Origin: a virus
Lineage: Duplodnaviria > Caudoviricetes
IMG/VR virus record: IMGVR_UViG_3300032007_000001
Direction: 5' to 3' (one strand)
DNA: 64,000 bases
Shown here: one piece after another, positions 57,601 to 64,000 of the stretch
Numbering within the stretch: the first letter of the stretch is position 1
How the letters are laid out: each line of letters begins with the position of its first letter
Notes under the pieces: generated by a model
The model's input: only the letters and a program-made list of their open reading frames with translations
What the model was told of the DNA's origin: nothing
The model's database searches: none
Program-made: the position numbers and the translations under genes

Positions 57601-57660
57601 AACTTGCAATAATAAATCATTAAATTGATTAAAATTTCTTTCTAATACTTGTACATCCAA
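51655..57660 (-). CDS. Tape-measure-like protein 2 with peptidase M15-like and glucosaminidase/lysozyme-like domains
   Basis: 2001 aa helical, Gly-rich TM-like segments; SHHTGWKTD..HVD; YGIDPAFFAAITYAENG..TI.AIQ.KYCP. Confidence 0.75.
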   Translation of the reverse strand: MDVQVLERNFNQFNDLLLQVTNLLVTCDFEDKETVKQLGEVATTLEYASKETCNLNSVQHTSFELSAYNQLFSHLRKLSNTKIETKETNIDVLSSISEFKNKLISAMNNSDSNELKRHCENCINRIRLSQSKVENAQKDMQGLSGDLQNQNEPQMSSASFDVFKSGISKNINDIKSLVTFDLSKDFQVGIEELDNKEISTAKLEKLFEELKDIQNEPNISAKKVIDNIDEQIKESNNILNQISNRKFSNLENAVKGYDQTLKAYQNVENLQDIRKNVSTFETKGKKIASPVQTSTIALDNMSYTVVDMIEQSNANFNKTLRAGASQESILSANDIAKHFISQIQPTGMNIDDILHAETETARNDKINKFKVSLYTRQNITKRQGQISGLTNTKTIGNLTRSISHSVGLDARNVLDRTIPNKLSNFFKVDKSSLDLKQKEIQQQINNTLQVLNAMQILNLDKDDIEQVKKLNEELVQRNNEINDLKNGENILTMASKIGGFLGGGKSFLLSIFGVMGLSNMLSLGGLFKDSVSKAVSNDMLMYQAARTDISLGADIASNANLSRIYNTGRYYQYLSGAMIGADAPTKFYMSLARNIGGRYNSTPEANRSDMSFFAENLFSLKETSGLDNNDFDFLIKYFYKDSGQDAKTTATIIANMVEQAKSSGMSTKMFFENIKSMVTRARELGIDAEKATDVIASATQSGMNMTDAVNLMIKTSQIELNFGKNTSQSMYWGMMSGWGGGMYSAMLRGRIFMDRNGNQVGDWKENMGNAMLAKYTMFDNFLGGNNSLSLYNFQNLLKQDGYSEKEIAQLTAMKQEGKTDEIKEFLVGKKERDEKKKIDLADSISDADKELAIMASQLAKTQLMVAEREDALMRLAYIWQTKINPLLEGAVKQINELLEKLPEWAGKIAHWLNELANNKTVQNITRTIGNNPILGLGTTLFALGAGYQGIKYMGKGAMNQVKNLVTKSRPTGGGKGWTGLALAGASAATLYWLNKRGEAEENVDEGTPSMQDNHTGFIQFMKSGRAKVQIANYDEIMHSMEGNEDESDFMNYAINLGLGAGAIYMASPYIGNVLAPLSAAGGGVRHALWMSLKRGDLRHFRKLPNKLMSQLARASEMEGKVPVEIVNQLKRTFNSSLSDIRLNSWDDIRKFGGALKTGTGNQIISSLRNTKNAFSTNWSALRNLDPSMMKSIASGARNLGREYWMLSALGETIGEFGDAMSGNQRSWKERLARVAIGTGTSVAGGAIGGAIGQVLIPIPGVGFVLGSMVGGWLGGKGGDAIKDYLGMGEKFDEATADWVACMNENSEIRGIDIMKVIESETDQGEFLRTYLKDNGIDLSKLNDTQKKILKEMVKQLQDQNVTLKQLMQALAINRRAINQNTAVLDSKMSDNNILGKFFETYANNYEDDDELNILYTHLANYYYHPNAGSTDKQYWENEAAYLRELAGKDTPFAQRIKRNVLEWAKKKNPKYASNPDMTDDDIINFELKNMTAGGATELWQHIAGVVKNEPSVNSDLMNYVNQNYNNRQQIGLENSSSLDRSIMLHNHDWEDELTKWSTLRPESIAGMNALARAYKDAHGGELIEMTGGAETFVHAGGEYSHHTGWKTDVVSDDMEWIIQWCHANGYAAIIEDEGTGNVHVDINWSGNDNRPEARPTGGRQPLTRTDGTVANPLMSGLGGYVGNYDVTVDSGITAAELEPHLQGVLKGKAQFIIDTARKYGIDPAFFAAITYAENGFGGDTSGILGNGEPYNVYSLMDDHVDSSVEENITRAAVLLKEDYIDEGIKTIGAIQRKYCPAGAANDQNGTNVGWLDAIGTGLRALGVNVSAQAGSGKLQFKPPKPMTAIEQFNNNVSIYNSISKYLGKTPTYGGLSNNMNVVSGSNYVSADEKRKQIREQYRSGTRSTEEMNAVIESQKSILEQQQKLDAQKASLQAQQDAIRKAEKENVGTVQIFGIMKDGKDAEEMMKKIEEAMNQSEFAKRVNTSIIENEDESGSEKIQLEF

Positions 57661-57726
57661 TCTTTTTCACCTCTTTTTACAATTACTCTAAAATAAGAAT
57701 AAAAAAAACAAACGCAATAAAAACAA

Positions 57727-57748
57727 AAAGCCGCTAAAAAGCGGCTTT
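57727..57748 (-). terminator. Terminator after chaperone gene
   Basis: AAAGCCGCT-AAAA-AGCGGCTTT, with T-run on the minus strand. Confidence 0.85.
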
Positions 57749-57763
57749 CTTTTTAAGAAAATT

Positions 57764-58114
57764 TTACTTCTTTTCTTCTAATTCTTTTTCTTTCTTCGCT
57801 CTTTCTACATCATATAAACGATACAGTGTTGAAGTAATGAAAGGATTAACTCTATCAAACAAAGCATTTTTATCATCTTGTGATAACACTTCATCATTAA
57901 TAGATACCAAAGCTTCTTTCATTGTTTCGGCTTGCATTTTGAACATGCGAGATACCATATCGTTATCACTAGAATTTTCAAGAGTAGCTGTATGTTCTTT
58001 TGAATTAAGAATCTTAAATGTCCACTTCTTATCAAATCTATTGATTTCTATCTGACCAGTACCCAATGATACGATATCTTCTATCATTTTCTCTACATCG
58101 TTTACGTTTTTCAT
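57764..58114 (-). CDS. Putative tail assembly chaperone
   Basis: 116 aa, between tape-measure genes; L..E....ALVSIN....LY..Y pattern. Confidence 0.55.
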   Translation of the reverse strand: MKNVNDVEKMIEDIVSLGTGQIEINRFDKKWTFKILNSKEHTATLENSSDNDMVSRMFKMQAETMKEALVSINDEVLSQDDKNALFDRVNPFITSTLYRLYDVERAKKEKELEEKK

Positions 58115-58193
58115 TGAAAAATCAGTCCTTTACATATTTCTGCTAATTTAATATAGATAAAACGCACAACTATAATATTTATCCAAACATTTT

Positions 58194-61100
58194 TTACGCA
58201 ATTGCACTATCACTTACAATTTCTACATCATCCATAAATTCTTCGGCGATTTCTTGTATTATTTTCACTAATGTACTTTTGTCTTTTGGTTTTTCTGTTA
58301 ATTTCGGTTCTGTTTTTAATAATTCACTTACAGATGAAAGTTTTTCCATAACATTGTCCATTCTTGCTTTTATTTCTGTTTCTGACATTCCCATATTACC
58401 CATTATTTCTTTTCGTTTTTCATCAACGGATTGGTAACTTTGCGTTGGGTCGACATTCATATTATCTGTAAGTCCACCGTAAGTAACTTTACCACCAGAA
58501 GCATATTCTGCTATTTTTGACATATCATTTACTTGTTCTTGCAATGGACGGTCATCTTTTGGTTTTCCTTGTGGAAGATTTAACATCTGACCTGGTGAAT
58601 ACATTGAACTTCCGCCACCAGTTTTTATAACGTATGTTGGGTCTTTATAATATTCATCATCATGTACAACCATGTTTCTTCCAGAACTGTTTCCGTATAT
58701 ACCACCTGCACCATCAGCTATATTAACGTGTTGATAATCACTACCATCATCTGTCATATATACTAAAACGTCGCCGCGTTGTACATTGCTTCCATTATAT
58801 ACTTGTAACAATCCTCTTGCATTTGCGTCATTTGCAAGTTGTTCTACACCAACAACACCTTTATCCAATTCTTCTTTTAAGAAAGAATTATAATAAGCGC
58901 CAATTTTTGTAGCAGCTTCAACACACCCGACGGTACCATTGTCCATCGTTACACCGGCATATCTCTGATAACCTTGTTCAAGTAAATCATTTCCACCGGT
59001 TAAAACGCCATTATCAATACTGAAATAACTTGTTGCACCGCCACCACCTGAAGAACCGCCACTAAGACTTCCACTTCCGGCAACACCCATTCTTCTCATA
59101 ACAGAGTCTGCATACTCATTAATAGAAGGATATTCGGTACCGTCCCAACTTTGTACTCTGCTTTTTTCTTCTTCACTATAACTTACAGCTCCTTCTCCTC
59201 CATACCAAGCAATCGCTACGTCTCGCCAATTTCCGAATTTTCTATAATACTCCAACATTTTATATCTTGCAACATAGTTTTGGTTTTCCGGTGTCATTGG
59301 AGCGCCGGAACCAAGTCCAGCAGCCTCTGCCCAATATGGCCAATTTTCTGGCATAATTTGGAAAGCGCCAGAAGCACCAGAATCGCTATTAATAAGGTCG
59401 TAATCTCCACCAGATTCTTGTCCCATAATAGCACGCATAAAAGCGTCTACTCCTTCTATTCCAGCAGAAGAACCTCCTAAAGAAAAACCTCCCATCATTG
59501 CTTTCATTTTTGCTTCTGTATTGGCTGCAATATAATCATTCAATTCTCCTTGGTCTTTTAATGAAAGTGCTAACATGGAATATGCTTTTTTTAATTCGCT
59601 GGCAGAAATTACCTGTAAAGCTTCGCCATTGTAAACTTCTCCAAGAATTTTAGCTATATTACCAATTTCATAATTTTTTACCATTTCATGATAATTGTTT
59701 GCTTGTTTGAACCAAAAACCATCTTCATCTTCTGGATTTTCGTCCATATGATAATAATAGTTAGCTAGCATTTCATATTTATCTTTATCTTCACCACTAA
59801 GACCTTGAGCTTTTTTAGCAAACCAATTCGCCTTTACTGTATTGTCTTCCCATTCTTTTGTTAATGCTTCTCTTATTTTCTTTCTTAATTCTGGAGTATT
59901 AAATGGATTATTTTTTAATGAACGTGAAGCTAAAAACATAGCTGCTTGGTCATCATCGTACATTTTCTTAAATTCTTTATATTTATCCAACCAAAGTCTT
60001 TGTTGGTCATCATTCATTTTTCTCCAATCCATCCCATGATTAGCTAAACTTATTGATACTAGAGAAGAAAATTCTCTATTTGACAATCCAAGCGCCATTG
60101 CTGCTTCCCCAAATGTATTGGATTGGACAAATAAACTTTCTTTTTTATCTTCATGATTTCTTAATAATTCTTCATCTTCTGATAATGGTGACATTGACCC
60201 AAAATTTTGTGCAGAACGTTCATCCATTATGCCAAAATTTCTATTTAATGCCATATTTTGATTCAAATATGTTTGGTAATAATTAGCAAGCATTTGTCTT
60301 TGACTCGAATCTTGTCCTTCCATTTCCAATGGAGATGCTTCTGCGACAGACGGAGACAAATAATCTAATGCAAACGGAGCCATACTACCAACAAAAGCAC
60401 CACCACGTCTGAACGTATTAATAAATTGTGCTGGGTTTTTAACGTGAAATTTTGTTGCTAATACAGTTGCTAATGCACCCATACCAATTTCACCAGCCAA
60501 TTCAGAGCCTGACATGATTAAAGTATCTTTACCAATTTCGCTTAAATCCATATCTCCGTCGCCAAAAAAACCCTCGAATGCAACGTTCATAAGTAAATTT
60601 GTACCGAAGTTTTTACCAGCGCTTCTCCATGTTGTGCGTTCAACAAGCTTGCCAGCTCTAGCCATAGCTTCTCTTCGTCTTTGAGCTTTTGAAAGTTTAC
60701 CCATTTTTCCAGCATTTCTGGAAAACATATTTTTTAATCCGCCAAGTTTTCCTCTGCCTTTAAATAATGAATATCCGGTTACTGCTGCCAAAGCCAAAGC
60801 TGCAGCTCCACCAATTAATCTGTTTTTATCTTTATCTACTAATTGAACTTTTGCATCACCAGAACGTAAAAATTCGTCTAATTTTTGTTCTTCGGATTTA
60901 GCTGAATGTTCAGCTATAACGTCTTGTAGTGTCGTTGCTCCTGCGAAAATAGCAGCTAACAACATTGTTTTTTGTCCTCTTCCAAGACCATCTAAATGAG
61001 AAATTACATTCGTTACTAAACTTTTTTCTGCATTCGTTGCTGGAGCAGAGGTTAATAATTTCATAGGTAAAGAAGCCAAATTTTTAAGAAGTTTCGTTCC

Positions 61101-63980
61101 AACATATTTAGCTATTCTTCCACCAGTATAAAGCATAAGCAAGGAAGCGACTGGATGATTTTCAAAAAATTCCCATGCTTTTTTTCCAAGTTTTGATTCC
61201 AAAAATTTAGAAATCAATTCTGACATTTTATTATAGAATTCTTCAACTTTTTCTGTTAATTTTTTAACTATATCACTTAATGAATCATTAAAATTAACAT
61301 GAAGCATATGTGCAATTCTATTGATAGAAGACATATATTTTGCTTCTAATTTTTGTACTTCGCTTAATTCATTTGCGGCTGTTCCTAATGCAGCTACATA
61401 ATTTTCCATAGAAGCTATTGGAGCATTTGGGTCTTTTGCTTGGTCTATAGATTTTAATTTTTCTTTTAATGCATCTATACCTTGTGTTTGCGCAATTCCC
61501 AATAATTCAACAGAATCTTTTTCACTGTAGCCATTTTCACGCAGTCTATCGACAAAAGTCATTTGTCCGACGTTATCGTTTATTTCTCCGAACATTGTCG
61601 CTTGCGCAAAAATGCGGTCAACCATTTTATCATAATATTCATTATTAATATTACCAAAACGGTCAATTGGAATTAAAGCAGATGTAACAGCATCAGCAGC
61701 ACTAGATTCACCTGTTAGCATTCCAAAAAACATATTCTTTCCCCAATTTTTTGAAGAAGTTGCTTGCCAACCAGAGGCTGCTTTACCAGTAGAAGCTATT
61801 ATAGAACCTATATCTTGAATTAACAGATTCGTTGTTTCTGAAAATGAGCCCATAATTCCAGTTACTCTCATTTCAGAAAATCCCATTTCTCTGTAATTTT
61901 TTGCTAGTGGCGCTATTATATCTGCTAACGTATCAACACTGACATTATTTTGGATTGCCATCATTTCCATTTTTCTAAAATGTTTTACAGTATCTTCTGC
62001 AGACAATCCCAAATCTCTATAAAATGACGTTACAAATTTCGTTATACTGGCATCACTAACGCCAAACAATTCCTTGTCTGCTGCTAATTGAGTTGCCATA
62101 TAACGCATATCAGCTTGATTTTGGCTAATTGTATTAAAACGATTCCCACCAACATTGTTATATAAATTCATATATAAGTTCTGTACAAATGGAAAATCCA
62201 TAGAACCATATGTCAAATCATAATATGCTTGTGAAGCTCTATATGAAAGTGCATCATTTGATTCTCTATTAATTGGAGCACCATGTGCTATATCTGTTCT
62301 TGATAAATTATAATTGGCTAATCCAAGTTGTTGCATCCTATTTATTACGTCACTTGGAGCTTTTGTAATTAAATCTAAAATTGAATTTCCGCCCATCATC
62401 ATTGCTGTAGAACCAGCAACCATAGCAAAAAATGTTTTGCTAGATGAAAAGAAATCTTTCATTGTATCAACAAAACTTTTTGAAGCTGTTTTAATATCAT
62501 TTATTCTTTCTTTTGAATCTGCTAATTTTTTCCTTATTTCCTTAAATTGTTTCAAATAAGGAGAATCAACATTGACTCTTTCCAATTGATTAATTATTAT
62601 GCTATAATTGTTAATCAATTTATCTAAATTCTTATCATATATATCTAAAACTTTTATATCAGATTGATTGAAATTATTGATTACATTAAATTGGTTTATC
62701 AATCCAATTTGTTGTTCTGATGCTTTTAATAAAGTTCCTCCCATTCCTTCGACTATTTTGGAAAGAGATTCATCACTTACTATACCGTTATTAAATAATT
62801 CATCAAATTCATGCATATGTTCTTTCAATGAATTATCAGTTTCATATAACGTTCTTGACATATCCAAATTATTTGCATAGAATTTTTCATTCATTATGTT
62901 TGTATTTGGAATCATAAAAACGTCAGAATATAATTTAGATGAAACGCCAATTTTACTTAAATCGTTTTTAACTTCATCATCAAGCATTCCACCTTGTTTT
63001 ATATATTTTAACTGATTCTTGAATGCTTCATGACTGAAATTAATTTCATCCAATTCACTAAATTGTAAAAGTTTCGTATTTGCTTCTATTTCTTCTGGTA
63101 TTTTTTCAATTAATCTATCTAATTCTTGTATTTTTTTCTTTGCATCATCAGTCAATGAATCATAATCTGTCTTTTCATCCATGACTTCTTTTAATGCTTC
63201 TGTTCCTTTGGAAAAAATATCATCTAATTTATGAGATACTTCCAAAAATTTTTTTAAGTATTTATTTGAACCGTCTTTTGTTTTTAAGTGATTTATTTTT
63301 TCTCTAACGCCATCAGATAATTCTTTTACAGAAGAAATATAATCAAGCATAACTTCATTTGTTTTATCTTCTGACTTAAAATCAATTAGTTTTTCTTTTA
63401 AGTTTTTAACATTTTCATGAACGTCTGAAATTCCTCTTAGAAGAACTATGCTATCGTCCAAAAATCTTTCATCTATTTTACGTTTTGGCGTTTGTAATTC
63501 TTCATGAGAATGTTGTAATTCTGATGTTGATTTTTCTAAATCTCTTATAATTTTTTCAATATTTAATTTTTTTGTTTTTACATCATAATCTATTTTTGTT
63601 CCATTAGCAAATTTTGGCATTGCATCAAAAAACTTTGTCTGGTCAGAACTTATTTTATCTGCTAATGCACTTACTTTTCTATCATCTATAAAACTTCCAA
63701 CATGGTCAGATACTTTTGCTATTGAATTGGCAACATCATCTTTTTTATTAGCAATTTGTTGCAACGATGCTTGAAGAGAATCAACGATGGACGTATCTAA
63801 TCCAGTATGCATTGATTCATTAAATTCTTCTTTCAAAACCAAAAAAGCAGAATCTAATGTTTTTTCGATTTCTTGGATTGCTGATATATCTTGTTTTACT
63901 AATTGTTCTACGTCTATTAATTTTTTTGCATCAGAAACTAAGCTAATTGTTTGGTCTAACCATTCAATTAACATTCCCAA
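58194..63980 (-). CDS. Tape-measure-like protein 1 with lytic transglycosylase and NlpC/P60-like domains (5' end may lie outside the window)
   Basis: AIMGQESGGDY..SGASGAFQIMP..W (SLT-like); GCVEA..GDVLVY..HV.IADG..GNSS; frame is open to the window edge. Confidence 0.75.
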   Translation of the reverse strand: MGMLIEWLDQTISLVSDAKKLIDVEQLVKQDISAIQEIEKTLDSAFLVLKEEFNESMHTGLDTSIVDSLQASLQQIANKKDDVANSIAKVSDHVGSFIDDRKVSALADKISSDQTKFFDAMPKFANGTKIDYDVKTKKLNIEKIIRDLEKSTSELQHSHEELQTPKRKIDERFLDDSIVLLRGISDVHENVKNLKEKLIDFKSEDKTNEVMLDYISSVKELSDGVREKINHLKTKDGSNKYLKKFLEVSHKLDDIFSKGTEALKEVMDEKTDYDSLTDDAKKKIQELDRLIEKIPEEIEANTKLLQFSELDEINFSHEAFKNQLKYIKQGGMLDDEVKNDLSKIGVSSKLYSDVFMIPNTNIMNEKFYANNLDMSRTLYETDNSLKEHMHEFDELFNNGIVSDESLSKIVEGMGGTLLKASEQQIGLINQFNVINNFNQSDIKVLDIYDKNLDKLINNYSIIINQLERVNVDSPYLKQFKEIRKKLADSKERINDIKTASKSFVDTMKDFFSSSKTFFAMVAGSTAMMMGGNSILDLITKAPSDVINRMQQLGLANYNLSRTDIAHGAPINRESNDALSYRASQAYYDLTYGSMDFPFVQNLYMNLYNNVGGNRFNTISQNQADMRYMATQLAADKELFGVSDASITKFVTSFYRDLGLSAEDTVKHFRKMEMMAIQNNVSVDTLADIIAPLAKNYREMGFSEMRVTGIMGSFSETTNLLIQDIGSIIASTGKAASGWQATSSKNWGKNMFFGMLTGESSAADAVTSALIPIDRFGNINNEYYDKMVDRIFAQATMFGEINDNVGQMTFVDRLRENGYSEKDSVELLGIAQTQGIDALKEKLKSIDQAKDPNAPIASMENYVAALGTAANELSEVQKLEAKYMSSINRIAHMLHVNFNDSLSDIVKKLTEKVEEFYNKMSELISKFLESKLGKKAWEFFENHPVASLLMLYTGGRIAKYVGTKLLKNLASLPMKLLTSAPATNAEKSLVTNVISHLDGLGRGQKTMLLAAIFAGATTLQDVIAEHSAKSEEQKLDEFLRSGDAKVQLVDKDKNRLIGGAAALALAAVTGYSLFKGRGKLGGLKNMFSRNAGKMGKLSKAQRRREAMARAGKLVERTTWRSAGKNFGTNLLMNVAFEGFFGDGDMDLSEIGKDTLIMSGSELAGEIGMGALATVLATKFHVKNPAQFINTFRRGGAFVGSMAPFALDYLSPSVAEASPLEMEGQDSSQRQMLANYYQTYLNQNMALNRNFGIMDERSAQNFGSMSPLSEDEELLRNHEDKKESLFVQSNTFGEAAMALGLSNREFSSLVSISLANHGMDWRKMNDDQQRLWLDKYKEFKKMYDDDQAAMFLASRSLKNNPFNTPELRKKIREALTKEWEDNTVKANWFAKKAQGLSGEDKDKYEMLANYYYHMDENPEDEDGFWFKQANNYHEMVKNYEIGNIAKILGEVYNGEALQVISASELKKAYSMLALSLKDQGELNDYIAANTEAKMKAMMGGFSLGGSSAGIEGVDAFMRAIMGQESGGDYDLINSDSGASGAFQIMPENWPYWAEAAGLGSGAPMTPENQNYVARYKMLEYYRKFGNWRDVAIAWYGGEGAVSYSEEEKSRVQSWDGTEYPSINEYADSVMRRMGVAGSGSLSGGSSGGGGATSYFSIDNGVLTGGNDLLEQGYQRYAGVTMDNGTVGCVEAATKIGAYYNSFLKEELDKGVVGVEQLANDANARGLLQVYNGSNVQRGDVLVYMTDDGSDYQHVNIADGAGGIYGNSSGRNMVVHDDEYYKDPTYVIKTGGGSSMYSPGQMLNLPQGKPKDDRPLQEQVNDMSKIAEYASGGKVTYGGLTDNMNVDPTQSYQSVDEKRKEIMGNMGMSETEIKARMDNVMEKLSSVSELLKTEPKLTEKPKDKSTLVKIIQEIAEEFMDDVEIVSDSAIA

Positions 63981-64000
63981 TTCCTGTTTTGCTTTATTTT

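Noticed and set aside
57749-57790. Programmed -1 frameshift extending the tail chaperone
   Set aside because: No canonical slippery heptamer before the stop, and a terminator follows immediately
1-64000. CRISPR array, tRNA or rRNA genes
   Set aside because: No regularly spaced repeats or recognisable RNA gene motifs in the short intergenic regions

Overview
AT-rich (roughly 28-30% GC by eye), densely coding segment of a large lytic myovirus (jumbo-phage-like), standard genetic code, mostly on the minus strand. The host is probably a Firmicute, possibly Negativicutes (inference from the amidase, M48 and NlpC-like domains). From left to right: a tandem array of C-type-lectin-like (FRPVF-ending) paralogs, one frameshifted; small cassettes ending in identical terminators; a secreted M48 protease; gyrB preceded by a free-standing, splicing-degenerate intein carrying an HNH nuclease; NAD-dependent ligase; two holin-like paralogs separated by a structured intergenic RNA candidate; a replication cluster (stand-alone CHC2 primase zinc finger, DnaB, DnaC-like loader, C2H2 protein, SF2 helicase with mini-intein, MerR HTH, PC4-like SSB); then a contractile-tail/baseplate operon with two paralogous tape-measure-like proteins, interrupted by an accessory island holding an IS607 (TnpA+TnpB) insertion. 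The strongest novelty candidates are (1) a shared N-terminal M-[KT]-[RH]-L tag on eight small proteins (possible capsid-targeting/processing signal), (2) the extein-less intein-HNH beside a gyrB altered at the canonical intein site, (3) the hypervariable lectin-like array, and (4) short GC3-rich patches over conserved motifs. All family calls come from motif recognition by eye; no database searches were run.
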